Origin: Somniosus microcephalus
Lineage: Eukaryota
NCBI GenBank assembly: GCA_052327205.1
Contig: CM126222.1
Location: forward strand, 57,164,001-57,228,000
Length of the DNA stretch: 64,000 nucleotides
Direction: 5' to 3'
Under the pieces are notes generated by a model. The model saw only the letters and a list, made by a program, of their open reading frames with translations, was not told where the DNA came from and made no database searches. How positions within the stretch are numbered: position 1 is the first letter of the stretch; every line of letters begins with the position of its first letter. A program made the translations under genes and the position numbers. This document shows positions 1 through 12,091 of this stretch, in pieces.

Positions 1-548
1 GTTAAACCAAAGCCCCGTCTGCTCTCCTAGGTGGGCGTAAAACCTTCCATGGTACCATCCAAAGAAGCAAGCAAAAAAGAACTTGCATTTATACAGTGCA
101 TTCCACGACCTCGGGGATGTGCCAGAGCGCTTTATAGCCAATTAAGTACTTTGCAGTGTGGTCACTGTTGTAATGTAGGAAATGTGGCCATCCAATCCGT
201 GCACGGCAAGCTCCCACAAACAGCAATGTGACGATGATCAAATAATCTACTTTAGTGATGTTGATTGAGGGATAAATATTGGCCAGAATACTTGCTCTTC
301 TTCGAAATAGTGCAATGAGATCCTTTACGTCACGGGAGGTCCCGATATCCTGGCCAATATTTATCCTTCAACCAACATCACTAAAACGGTCTATCTGGTC
401 GCTTATCTTGTTGCTGTTTGTTGGACTTTGCTGGCAGCCATGCTTCCCTACGTCACAACAGTTGACCGACTACATTACAGCAAATGGACTTTTTTTGAAA
501 AGTCTTGAGGTTGTGAAAGGTGCTATATAAAAGCAAATATATTTACTT
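1..548. mobile_element. DeuSINE (SacSINE1-like): a + copy (1-72, ~333-548) interrupted by a - copy (~73-332)
   Basis: Deu-domain motif tcctggccaatatttatcc and L2-like tail aaggtgctatataaa occur in both orientations. Homologous to the copies at 35570 and 60214. Confidence 0.75.
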
Positions 549-1608
549 CAAATTGAAATTGCGTAAAGTATACCTTCCCGGTTATTTAAAAAATTGCTTA
601 ACTGGTTCATTTGATTTTTTTTTTCGGTAAAGTAATTTGGCTTTGTTGATGTGGTTGTTGCTGTTGATTCTATAGCTGAGGGAAAGAAAATGAAGAAATA
701 ATGCCTATTAGTGTACAGTGAACATGAGGGTGGGAGCTGAGGATATGCCTCCTGAATGTGCTGCATAGTTTCACTGTCTCAGTAGTCCACACCATGCAAA
801 CTGCACTAGTGTCCCTTCCAGCCACGTGACCATAAGTGCTTTTTAATAGACACATGAACACTTGGGTATTTAACATTAATGAATAAAGACTATAATAGTC
901 TCATTGTACTGGCCTTGTTGGGTATCAAGTTATAATCACTTGTCAATATTCTTATCACAGGGCACTTGTTTCTGGTCATTTTTGGCTTGAACTGTTGAGA
1001 TGTGGCGAAGATAGCAGTGCTCCTTGAGAGCACGAACCCAATAAAACTAGGACTCGAATTTCAGTCACCAAGTTGCAATTTAAACTGCGAGCAGGACCAC
1101 AGACAAGTATTGGAGATCTTGATGTTTTTGAAAATTCTTAAGCCCATTTTGGAGAAATATTTTTCTTCCAAAAGGGACTTGAAAAGATTTGACACCGATC
1201 ATTGCTGCATTACATTGCTTTCAGGTAGTTTCTTGACCCACATCAGTTGATTTCATGGAGTTCTGTGCAGCTGGAAGATTGTTTCAGACCCTCCTGTTTG
1301 AACAGAGATTTTTTCTTTCCCCCCGCCCACCCATTGTTTTTGTAATTGATGAAGGTGTCCCTTTCACACACATGTTTGGTGTTATCTACAATGCCTGTTC
1401 AAGTGAGCTCATGCAGCCTATATCAATTTTGGAAGTGTAGAAAAAAATCTATATTTGTGAGATCAGTTATCTAATTCACAAAATTGGCACAATATCTGCA
1501 CTAGTGGTCAAGATTTGTTACCATAGTACACTCATGGTGCGATCACTGCATTTCAATTGGTAAATGATTTCACAGGTCAGTAGTTACATGAGAATCTTAA
1601 AGGAGCAC

Positions 1609-2176
1609 TACAACAACTTGTATTTATATAGCGCCTTTAACGTAGTAAAATGTCCCAAGGCGCTGCACAGGAGTATTATAAGACAAAAAAATTTGACACC
1701 GAGCCACATAAGGAAAAATTTGGGCAGATGACCAAAGGCTTGGTCAAAGAGGTAGGTTTTAAGGAGCGTCTTAAAGGAGGGCGGAGAGGTTTAGACAGGG
1801 AATTCCAGAGCTTAGGGCCTAGGCAACAGAAGGCACGGCCACCAATAGTTGAGCGATTATAATCAGGGATGCTCAAGAGGGCAGAATTAGAGGAGCACAG
1901 ATATCTCGGGGAGGGTTGTGGGGCTGAAGGAGATTGCAGAGATAGGGAGGGATTTGAAAACAAGGATGAGAATTTTGAAATCAAGTCGCTGCTTAACCAG
2001 GAGCCAATGTAGGTCAGCGAGCACAGGGGTGGTGGGCGAACAGGACTTGGTGCGAGTTAGGACATGGGCAGCCGAGTTTTGGATGACCTCAAGTTTACAT
2101 AGGGTAGAATGTGGGAGGCCAGCCAGGAGTGCATTGGAATAGTCAAGTCTAGAGGTAACAAAGGCATGGGTGAGGC
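1609..2176 (-). mobile_element. L2-clade LINE 3' fragment
   Basis: Minus strand encodes the L2 RT C-terminus (VLTRTKSCSPTTPVLADLHWLLVKQRLDFKIL) and ends ggcgctatataaatacaagttgttg. Homologous to 19278, 39213 and 56670. Confidence 0.85.
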
Positions 2177-2360
2177 CCTTATCCTCAAGTATTCATATAC
2201 AGCCCTACATCCAATTTAAAAAGTTATCTTTGAACCTCGCTATGGGAGCCACCATATTTGTTCAACTTTAAAGTCTAGGCACAAAAGCATTGCATGTACG
2301 TATATATCCTTGGTTTTCACTAACCTGTATTCACTAACATTGTATGTTAGCTGTATAGCG

Positions 2361-2625
2361 AGTTCATGGCATTTTACAGCATAGAAGGGGGCCAATTCGG
2401 CCCATCATGCCTGTGCCGGTTCTTTGAAAGAGCTATCCATTTAGTTCCATAGCTCTGCAAATTATTTTTCTTTTCAAGGGTATAGTTCCCATTTCCTTTT
2501 GCAAGTTACTACTGAATCTACTTTGACCACCCTTTTCAGACAGTGTTCCAGATCACAACAACTCACTGTAAAAAAAAAAATATATAAATAATCTCCTCGT
2601 CTCTCCTCCTGGTTATTTTGCCAAA
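2361..2625 (-). mobile_element. Degenerate CR1 3' end
   Basis: Has the tacagcatagaagggggcc..ttcggcccatc motif typical of reversed CR1 3' ends. Confidence 0.6.
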
Positions 2626-3458
2626 GTTTGAAAGAAAAAGCTAAGCTTTTATTAAGCCTGTCCACAAGGTAGCAATTTTCTCAGATATTTGAGAACTTTG
2701 TAGGACCTTATCCTGGGTGTCTGCATTAGTTTGATGCACTTCAAAACCTGACTCTCATCATTACAGTTTTTTTCAAGCTTCAAGTCGGCTGGGCAAATGT
2801 CTACATGTGGTTTTGTTAATTTTCCTATTCAATGTGCTGCAGGAGAGCTTATTGTCCTAGTTTAATTCAAACCTTATTCATTTATTTTAAAATGTGTTGG
2901 GAGTCTGTGCAAAAGTTAATATTACAACCTGTGAAGTGAATATATTTTCTTTTCCCTGCATTCATGCAAATGCACCCTATTCGGTGTTTTTCATAAAAAC
3001 ACATTTGGGAACCGCCTGTGCTCTTTGATATTCAAAACTAAAAGCACCTTGACCCACTTCCAAAACCTGCAATGTCCTATTTTTACAGATATATAGGCAT
3101 ACTAGTCAGCATGTACTTGACTTTGTTGGTGTCCTGTTTCAGCATTGGACAGCTTTTTAATATTTTTCACAGTGAAGGCATCCTCTACCCTTGCACCAGA
3201 CTTTGAATGTGACTAGATGTAATGTTTGGTGACTTAATTTTGTGTATACTGATGCAGTGTGCTACAGTGATATACCCTGTAGCTGGTGTCGTTCTTAGTG
3301 ACTGATGCCATCTTTTCCTTATCAATGCACTATTGTTCCATTGGATCTTTGAGTTTAAGACGTCATTAGTGCTCAGTTTGTGTTGTTCATGCTGCCAGTT
3401 CTTCCTGGACGTGAACTGCTGTGGTGGTCAAGAGTCCTGCTGTTGATCTTTTTTGTTA

Positions 3459-4093
3459 TGTAAGAGAATTTGAATCTGACAACCAAATATGGTTTGCTAT
3501 GTAATCCTTTTATCATGTTTGACAAAGTCTTCATACAGAGAAATAAACTATATTACCCCTTTTCCCCTCGGGTTAGTGATGTCACCTTTGTCGATCCTTT
3601 CGATCTTGACTCCTCTACAAATTGTAAAGGAAAGCTCAAGATCTTTATAGTCCTCTAGTCATGCACACTGTCCTAGATCATTCATTATGTTACAAGTGTT
3701 ATTGTGAACAGGACCCCCAGTAATGAGGCAGTTCCTACAAAACTTCCAGATGACCAATCTGTTCACCATGAAACATGTAACTAATCATCCTGAGCTCAGT
3801 GTCCTGTCTCCTTATCTCGAGACTATTTTGGCTATCTCGTTTCACATTGTGGTGACAAAAAGAAGCCAACAGGCTTGAATCACTCCTCCTGCACTTTCAG
3901 CAGAAGCCGAACAGCACGGTCAGATAAATTGTACCCTGACATGTTAAACCCTAAAGCATCCTGGGAATGAACAACTTTAACCATTTCTAGCTGCAGTACA
4001 AATCTACAAGATATCAGTAAAAATAAAATAAAAACTTTAATCATATGAGTTTACACCAAATCCTAATCCTATGTATATATGTATAGAAGAATA
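3459..4093 (-). mobile_element. Solo LTR, diverged copy of the 15339-15993 family
   Basis: Begins TGTAAGAGA and is colinear with 15339-15993 (shared ttaaaccctaaagcatcctgggaatgaacaac and aaaactttaatcatatga). Confidence 0.75.
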
Positions 4094-4735
4094 GGACCAG
4101 CCATATAAATACTGTGGCTACAAGAGCAGGTCAGAGGCTGGGAATTCTGCGGCGAGTGTCTTACCTCCTGACTCCCCAAAGCCTTTCCACCATCTACAAG
4201 GCACAAGTCAAGAGTGTGATGGAATACTCTCCACTTGCCTGGATGAGTGCAGCTCCAACAACACTCGAGAAGCTCGACACCATTCAGGATAAAGCAGCCC
4301 GCTTGATTGGCACCCCATCCACCACCTTAAACATTCACTCCCTCCACCACCGGCGCACTGTGGCTGCAGTGTGTACCATCTACAAGATGCACTGCAGCAA
4401 CTCGCCAAAGCTCCTTCAACAGCACCTTCCAAACCCGCGACCTCTACCACTTGGAAGGACAAGGGCAGCAGATGCATGGGAACATCACCACCTACAAGTT
4501 CCCCTCCAAGCCACACACCATCCTGACTTGGACCTGTATCGCCGTTCCTTCACTGTCGCTGGGCCAAAATCCTGGAACTCCCTTCCTAACGGCATTGTGG
4601 GTGTACCTACACCATATGGACTGCAGCGGTTCAAGAAGGCGGCTCACCACCATCTTCTCAAGGGCAATTAGGGATGGGCACTAAATGCAGGCCTAGCCAG
4701 CGACTCCCACATCCCATCAATGAATTTTTTTTTAA
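4094..4735 (+). mobile_element. 5'-truncated CR1-group non-LTR retrotransposon (RT C-terminus)
   Basis: ORF 4114-4671 (AGQRLGILRR...YKAQVKSVMEYSPLAWMSAA) is near-identical to the 3' part of 43063-44893. Confidence 0.85.
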
Positions 4736-6166
4736 AAAGTATAAATATCACAAACCCGCTTCCCTTAAAAGTCTATGGGAAGTTTCACTTCAAAGTGCTG
4801 TCTATTTGGGGGGAAGAGAGAAAGACATTAACACTTTGTGCCTTAGAACAAGCTCCGGTTTGGGGATGATTGAAGGTGTGCCTGGGTGGTCCCTGGAGGA
4901 CAACTGCAAGAGCAATTCGCGGTGGCCTGAGAGCAAACCATCATCTTGGCTGCAAGCCCCAACCCAGGTGGTTGAAGAAAACAACAGATTTTAAGAAAAA
5001 GGAGGTAGTTGACCAGCCTCCGCTCTGAAAACAAAGTATCCGTGATTGATGATCTGAACGGACATGTGGACCAGACATTTCCAGGTGCACGTGTATTTTT
5101 GTTACGTGAATTCCTTGATATTTGAATTATTTAGAATAATTTGCACGGTGGCTTTTTTTCCTCCATCCTCTGAAAAGCAAATTTTGTTCAGTTTTGTTTT
5201 AAATTCAAAATGTTTTTACAGTATGACTATAATGCCAATCTTCGAGTAGCTATTTATTGGCAGTGAAAGGGTCGTGTAAACCTTAGCACCAGTTGTGTCT
5301 TCCGCATTAGGAAATGGCAGTTTGTCAGATTGTCTGCCTGTGTGTCTTGCAACCCCTCTTTATTCTTCCTGAGCGTCTTAACGGTTTCTTTACTTGGACA
5401 AAGTGTTACTACTTCCTTTTTTCTTTCCTCTTCTTATGATCATAAACCATGATAAAACAATCGGGTTGGGGGACGGGGGAAACAAGATGTTTCCATTTGA
5501 AAATTTTGCAATATAATGTTATTTTTTGAAAAAAAAATCCTTGGTGGGGCAGGAACTAGAAATGGCATGGGCAGGGTTTGAGCAGGGCAGGGGCTACAAT
5601 TGTCAACATTTTTATGGGGAAACTAAGCAGCGACTCCTTTTGTATGAGTCTTGGGACCCCCTTTATTTTGAGATGTATCTCTTTCTTCAGGAGAACCTTT
5701 TTTTAAAAAAAAACCAGTAATTGTACTGTTTATAACTTTAGGATCTGGTTGTGGTGGGGATTGGAAGAAATCGAGAGCACTGACTCTAGGATGGGGAAGG
5801 AAGGGCATTGCTGGGCTCCCTAACTCCCTGTACTCGTATGATTCGAAAGAAAGCAGTTGTCCCAGTTAAATTCTCCTTGGCCTAGATAGAACTGAACTGA
5901 ACTGCTGTCAGATGTGGAGATACTGTTTAGAGAAAATAATTTCAGGGCAGGATGTAGCCTTCACAAAATGATCTGTAGTACTGTAGTCTAGATTGCAATC
6001 TATGATCTTGTGTTAAATTAGTAAAGACCAGTTGATCCTTGTTGGAACAGACTGTGCATCTTCTTCTGAAGTGTCAAATATCATTGTGCGACAGGGGAAG
6101 GAAGAGAAAAAAAATAATTGCAAGAGTTAACGCTAACTTTGTAGAATGTACCAGGCCTAAATCTTT

Positions 6167-6407
6167 AATAACAGAAAACGCTGGAAAAACTCAGCAGGCC
6201 AGGCAACATCCGTGGAGAGGGAAACAGAGTTAACGTTTCAGGTCGAAACCCTTCTTCAGAACTGAGCTGAAGTTCTGAAGAAGGGTTTCGACCTGAAACG
6301 TTAACTCTGTTTCTCTCTCCACTGATGTTGCCTGGCCTGCTGAGTTTTTCCAGCATTTTCTGTTGTTATTTTGGATTTCCAGCATCCGCAGTATTTTGCT
6401 ATCGCAT
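6167..6407. mobile_element. Penelope-like pLTR insertion in inverted (tail-to-tail) configuration
   Basis: Inverted arms 6167-6263 and 6271-~6370 with a 7-nt loop. Flanked by a perfect 14-bp TSD aggcctaaatcttt (6153-6166, 6408-6421). Confidence 0.85.
6271..6306 (+). ncRNA. Minimal type-I hammerhead ribozyme motif (mirror copy on - strand 6228-6263)
   Basis: agtt-CTGAAGA-AGG(gtttcga)CCT-GAAA-CGTT-aact: CUGANGA and GAAA cores, 3-bp stem II, palindromic ACGT stem III, 4-bp stem I. Confidence 0.7.
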
Positions 6408-8142
6408 AGGCCTAAATCTTTCTCTGCTTCAAACATTCCGTAAATTTGAATCATTTAACTTTTATGAGAAGGAAGGTCTAATCCTACTCATTTGCCAATG
6501 GCACTGGACTGTGTCAGAAAATGAGGGCCTGGCCGCCTTTAACAATAAATAGTAGCAGCAAGTGATGCTAAACTTTGCCCTTGTGCCAGTTTATTTTTGT
6601 TGTCCTGAACTGTTGGGCAAGAATTTTGATCCCTGCTGAAGAAATCTTGGGTGGCCTGATTTCCTTTTCAAGGATCTCTTGATTTAAACTGATTGATGCT
6701 GTGTCTGTGGTCACACACAGTTAAATAACCTGGCTAACCACCGACCAGCTTTCAACCACAGATGCAAGCCCACTCCCCTGAACTTAAACTGGCCTTATGT
6801 TTTTATTTAGCGATCTTGTCTGAGCCAGCACTTAGCTACCTGTTTGATTGGCAATATTTCTAGCAGCAGACAGCATAAAATGCAACATAACCACACATTC
6901 ATCAATGAAAACAGGGGCCAGACAAAAGTACTGTAGACTTTGGTAGCCATTATTCTCTGCACCGCTTGGAAAAACGGGACCAAATTGGTTTTGACTCAGG
7001 AAAAAAATCTATCACCATATGAAGCGATTCTCCCTGCATGAATAGTGGCAATCACATTAAATACAGCTCAACTGCGCAAGATTATGTCAGGCCCCAAATG
7101 AAATCTGTTTAAGCAGTCTCCGTTCCTAACGGGTGAGTGAGGCAATGGCACAAATTGGCACACAGCGTTACTGAAATAAAGGGAAATGCTTCTAACTTTG
7201 GGTTTAAAGTACATTGTTGGGTTTGTTTAGTTAGAGAACTTGATCAGTGATAAATGTGACCTGGGAGAACAATGCTTTAGCTGGCTGAATGCTTTAACAA
7301 CCAGATAGAGCTTTTAGTAGATGACTAGGTGTGCATTACATTGCAAGCCTAGGCAATGACACCGCTACAGGGTGCAAAAAAAAAAGTGTCAAAATACTTT
7401 GTTTTTATTCTCCAGAACCGACGTGTCTCTCCTTGAAGGAGACATATGAAGTTACAGCATTTTTCTGAAATAATATTGATGTAGTGTGAATGGAATGTTG
7501 ATGCGTCTCTGTAGGATTCAAAAATGAGCAACCTATATAGCTCATGAGTGACTTGGAAGTTGTTCATGTCAAATTCATGCATGTGCCCCATCGTAAATCT
7601 GAGAAGTACCCTGCGATTTTTTTTTTCCGCTCTCTGCCTCAATGGGCCTGTGTTGCCACCAGCTGTTTTTAAACCCAGCCTCTTCGCACTAATTTCCGCT
7701 GGCCCTCCCAGTCGATAAGCTTTCACACTCGGTGCATTCCTGTTGTGAGCTGTGCTCCAAATGATGCCTAGGTACTTGAGACGGGAAGGGGAAGAGTTGG
7801 TGCAAGACTTCAGCCCTTTGCTCTTTCATGCTTCCTGTTACAAAGAAGCTTTGGCAGATACCTGTGAGTAGGTCATCTACCAAGTGTTCTCTGCCAAGGA
7901 ATATGGTAAGATGAGGAGAGGAGCCAGAGAGAAAAAGGAAAAAAAGACTTTTTAAATAGAGCAAGGGATAGCATTTGTTGCATTGTACAGTAAATAAATA
8001 AGCTATGTGGTATGAGTATAGAATAACAGAAAAATTAAGCACCCAATTTTACTGTGTTACAACGCTCATGGGCATTTAAAATTGGAAAGTACTGCATTTG
8101 GCTTGGAAACATGCACTTATTCCCTGCAGTGGAGTTACCCTC

Positions 8143-8750
8143 ATTTACAAAGTATTTACAGCACAGAAACTGGCCATTTGGCCCAGCAGGTCCATCCTGG
8201 TGTTTATGCTCCACATGTGCCTCCTCCCACCCTCCTTCATCAAACCCCATCAATATATCCTTCTATTCCTTCCTCATGTGCTTATGTAGCTTCCCCTTAA
8301 ATGCATCTTTGCTATTCGCCTCAACCGCTCCATGTGCCAGCGCGTTCCACATTCTCACCACTCTCTGGGTAAAGACGTTTCTCCTGTTGTATTTAATAGT
8401 GACTGCCTTGTATTTATGGCGGTCTTGGCCACAAGTGGAAGCATCTTCTCTGTATCCACTCTATCAAACCCTTTCGTAATTTTAAAGACCTCGATCAGGT
8501 CACCCCTCAGTCTTTTTTTCTAGAGGAAAAAAGACCCAGCCTGTTCAATCTTTCCTGATAGGTATAACCTTTCAGTTCTGGTAACATTCTAGTAAATCTT
8601 TTTTGCACCTTCTCCAGTGCCTCTGTCCTTTTTTTTATAATATGGAGACCAGAACTGTTCACAGTACTCTGTGTGGTCCAACCAAGGTTCTATACAAATT
8701 TAGCATAACTTCTCTGCTTTTCAGTTCTATCCCTCTAGAAATGAACCCTC
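8143..8750 (-). mobile_element. CR1 LINE 3' fragment
   Basis: Reversed CR1 3' end (acagcacagaaactggccatttggccc..., ccacattctcaccactctctgggtaaag). Same subfamily as 58625-59070. Confidence 0.75.
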
Positions 8751-9859
8751 ATGTATGCTATGCAAATACTACAGCAGGGCTTCAGTAATGCAACAGAAAA
8801 GTAGAGCATAAATTATTAACTCGAGAGTCTTACAATTACCAATAGAGCGTGCTTTCATATCTCTTTACTCTGAGTGACTGACTTAGTGGTAATATTTTAA
8901 TAATTAATCCTCATCATGTTCGTGCCTGAATCTTAGTAAAGCATAAAACAATATAATTAAAATTGTCCTTCCAAATTCGGGAGTGTTTTATATAACACTA
9001 AGGTGAAATTCTGGTAGTTACAGATCAGTCACTGGTGGTAGGAGCAGTTGGAGATCATGAAATGAGAGTGTCACACAACATTAAAGCACATTGGCTAGAT
9101 TGGAATTTATTAGTGTATTGTTACCAGTACACTAAGTCAGGGATATCCAAGCTTTTTGTGTTGGGCTACAGAAGTGCGTAATATGGAGCCTCAATGGCTA
9201 CGTAAAAATTGTAATCGGTGTCCCTTTAACTTGAATTTCTGAAGTTGCCGGTATTAAACAGATTTTGTTGTACTAATTTATCCTACAGTGAGGCAGCAGC
9301 TCTTAAAAACAGCACTTGTCAAACCTCTCAGTCCATGAAATTAAACAGGACAAGCCAGTAAGTAAGAAGCAAGATGGCCTTGGTTGTCTGGGCTTCGAGG
9401 ACTGGATTGCCAGGGCTTGAGGGCCATGGGTTACACTGTACATGCTGTTAACATCTGACCAGAAGAAAGCAACAGGACCAGAAGAAAGCAACAGGAAATC
9501 TTGGTTTATTCCCTATATAATAAGTTGGAGTCTTAGTTTTTTGTTGTTGTTGCATTTTGTTTAATTATCTGGGACAAAATATGGACTTGCTTTGTATGCT
9601 GACCACATAACTCACCATGGGCATCTAAAAGATGTAATTTTAAACACCTGACTACAAGTACATTGAAGTCTCAAAGTCTAAAAGGGATCAAAAATCAAGA
9701 TTTCTGCGATTGGCCCAGTCCCAATGTCGAGTTTTGGTGGATTGTCTACATTTGCAGTAGTAACACTGATTCCAGAGCTCACCAACTTCAAACAGACAAA
9801 CCCAATGGAATGAATAGTTCTGGTTCCTGGTCTTGTGCTGGCCATTCTGCACACTGACA

Positions 9860-10440
9860 AGATGATCAGTGGGGGCTACCACATCATTCATACCGGAAGA
9901 GTTACACCAGTGCAGGTGTGTCAATAGCAGCTGGGGTGGGTGGTGAGGAACCAGGTTAGGAGCAGGTGAATGGACCAGATGGAATGAGACCCCTTTGCCT
10001 GGCGCCAACATGACCAGTGCATTAGAAAAGGGCAACCATTTCTTCCCTCGTTCTGCAAAGCAACTGAGTCATACTGGGGCAGGGTCAGCAGCTTCTTGCC
10101 AAACCGGCCATCATTTCTCTGCGAGCCTAGAGGACGGGCCAGCAGGCTATTTGCTGATGGCAGGGACAACACCGCTGTATCCCAATCCAGTGCCCCGGGT
10201 GTCCTCATCCAACGTCCAAATAACATGCACATTCCAGCAGGAGTCACTGGGTGGCAAACGAGTAGGAACCCGGGATTAATTTTTCTTTTCCCTGCCTTGG
10301 CACCGAGGTCGATTGCAGTATCTCAATTACAGCCCTGCTGAGACCTGCTAATTCTGCACAAGCAGGAATCAAAACTGGGCGCTTTCTGGTATGTTTTCTT
10401 TAGCACTGCACCAGGCATTGCCTTGACCCACTAGGCCAGA
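9860..10440 (-). mobile_element. Old tRNA-derived SINE-like element; related fragments at ~11500-11610 and ~12560-12650
   Basis: Minus strand begins tggcctagtgggtcaaggca (A-box-like) followed by ttgattcctg (B-box-like). The core gcaggctatt recurs in the fragments. Confidence 0.5.
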
Positions 10441-10860
10441 GGAAAGCTTAAACTCCAGACACTTGTATTCAGAGTTTCATTCATTAATCGATTACTTTGA
10501 GAGCAGGTTCGAAGGGCCAAATGGCCTACTCCTGCTCCTATTTCTTCTTCTATAATATACCAAGAGCTCCTCCTCCACGCTGAACTCAAACAGGGTTTTC
10601 CCATATTTCTCATTTTAATTAATTTTTTTTTTTTAAATCCTTTTATAATGCTGGAATGTTGAAAATGCCACAGATTTGGGATACAAAAGTACTAGGCAAA
10701 GCTGAGGTGGCTACTGGAAGCTTGTATCCAGGCACTTTGGGGAACTGCTTAAAGGCTTTTTTTGGAGCACATCCGAGAAGGCCGAATAATGGTTTAGCCC
10801 ATAGATCCATGATAGTGGCTTGGGTGTAGTCAGCTTGTCAGTATTGTACTCAGTCAGACC

Positions 10861-10871
10861 TGCTGACTCAT
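10861..10871 (-). promoter_or_regulatory. Perfect NF-E2/ARE (CNC-sMaf) element TGCTGACTCAT
   Basis: Reverse complement is ATGAGTCAGCA, matching the RTGASTCAGCA consensus. It lies ~1.15 kb upstream of the first MAFG coding exon, outside recognisable TEs. Confidence 0.5.
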
Positions 10872-11682
10872 CCTGAATCTCACATTTATAGCTAGCTTAC
10901 GGGCAGCATTTGGTTCTGGGGTTGTGATGAGGTTTACACTAATAGGAAGTTCCTGCTGCTATAGACACTTGAATGATTCTGCTAAATAGTAAATTAAAGA
11001 GTTTACTCCAGAATACCTTGGTCACCGCTCTGTTTTTGATATTCTCCTGGATATATTCCAAAAGACTCTTATCAGAGACTGCTTTGTTTAATTGCATCTA
11101 CTGTGTGCTTTATCTGTAGGTAAGACAATGCCTCTTTTCCTCAAATTTTCTTAGCGATCAGGGAAAATAAATTTCTCTGGCGACATCAGAAAAGTTCTGA
11201 AGACTTTTTGTGTTATAATGTAATGGGGGGGCATTGACAATAAAAATATAGTCTCTTTATTTCCTGCGGAGCTTGCAATATATGTTGGTGCAAGTGTGAT
11301 ATGAAAATGTATTGCTAACATTAATATAGAACACTTAACTAAAAATGCCACATGCCGCTTCCACCTTTGCTGATGTTCTGTATAGATGGCAAAGGATTAT
11401 TCCTTCTTGACAATTTTCTCCCCTGCCCATCTCTCCTGAAGTCATTAAGCTCCATCTGGGATATAACTTTACAGATCTGGTCACCCTTGGGTACTTTGTC
11501 CAAATGGTGATTTTTTTTTTCACATGAACATTGGCCTTGAGTATTAGCAGGCTATTCAAGCATAGAGAGCATCACCGCTAAGTCCAACCCTGACCTCGCC
11601 TGGCATACCTGTAGCATCCCTACTGCTCAGCACCGTCAAGTGTCAGATCTTTAGACTTCAAGGCTCAGCTACTCGTTGAATA

Positions 11683-11892
11683 AGAGAGTTGCATTTATAT
11701 AGCGCCTCTCATGACCACTGGACGTCCCAAAGCGCTTTACAGCCAATGAAGTACTTTTTTGAAGTATAGTCACTGTTGTAATGTAGGAAACACAGCAGCC
11801 AATTTGCGCACAGCAAGATTCCCCCAAACAGCGATGTGATAATAACAGGGATAAATATTGGCCAGGATACCGGGGATAACTCCCCTGCTCAT
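11683..11892 (-). mobile_element. DeuSINE (SacSINE1-like) 3' half
   Basis: ttgcatttatatagcgcc...cccaaagcgctttacagccaatgaagtac...ggataaatattggccagga. Confidence 0.8.
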
Positions 11893-12055
11893 TGAACATG
11901 TGTGTTAATAGCCTCCCTTGATGGCTCCAAATGGAAGCTGCATCTGGATGCCAAGTATTTAATTCCTTAGCCATTCACAAAAACATTGCCCCCAAAAAGG
12001 TTTAATTTTTATTTTCTTTTCCAACAGGTTTGCGTGATTGAAAGTGTGCCGTGGT

Positions 12056-12091
12056 ATGACGACTACTAACAAGGGAAACAAGGCCTTAAAG
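12056..12091 (+). CDS. MAFG: MAFG first coding exon (MTTTNKGNKALK); exon begins at 12028 with 28 nt of 5'UTR
   Basis: Acceptor ttttccaacag ends at 12027, ATG at 12056, 12 codons, phase-0 GT donor at 12092. The peptide matches the human MAFG N-terminus MTTPNKGNKALK. Too short for the ORF track. Confidence 0.95.

Noticed and set aside
6167-6370. Hairpin as a pre-miRNA or DNA-transposon MITE
   Set aside because: The arms match the dispersed Penelope pLTR sequence, the structure is asymmetric (right arm extends to 6407), and the 14-bp TSD fits retrotransposition.
9860-10440. Element as an LF-SINE or a functional tRNA gene
   Set aside because: It does not match my recollection of the LF-SINE consensus, the A/B boxes are degenerate, and no cloverleaf can be drawn. 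Kept only as an unassigned old SINE.
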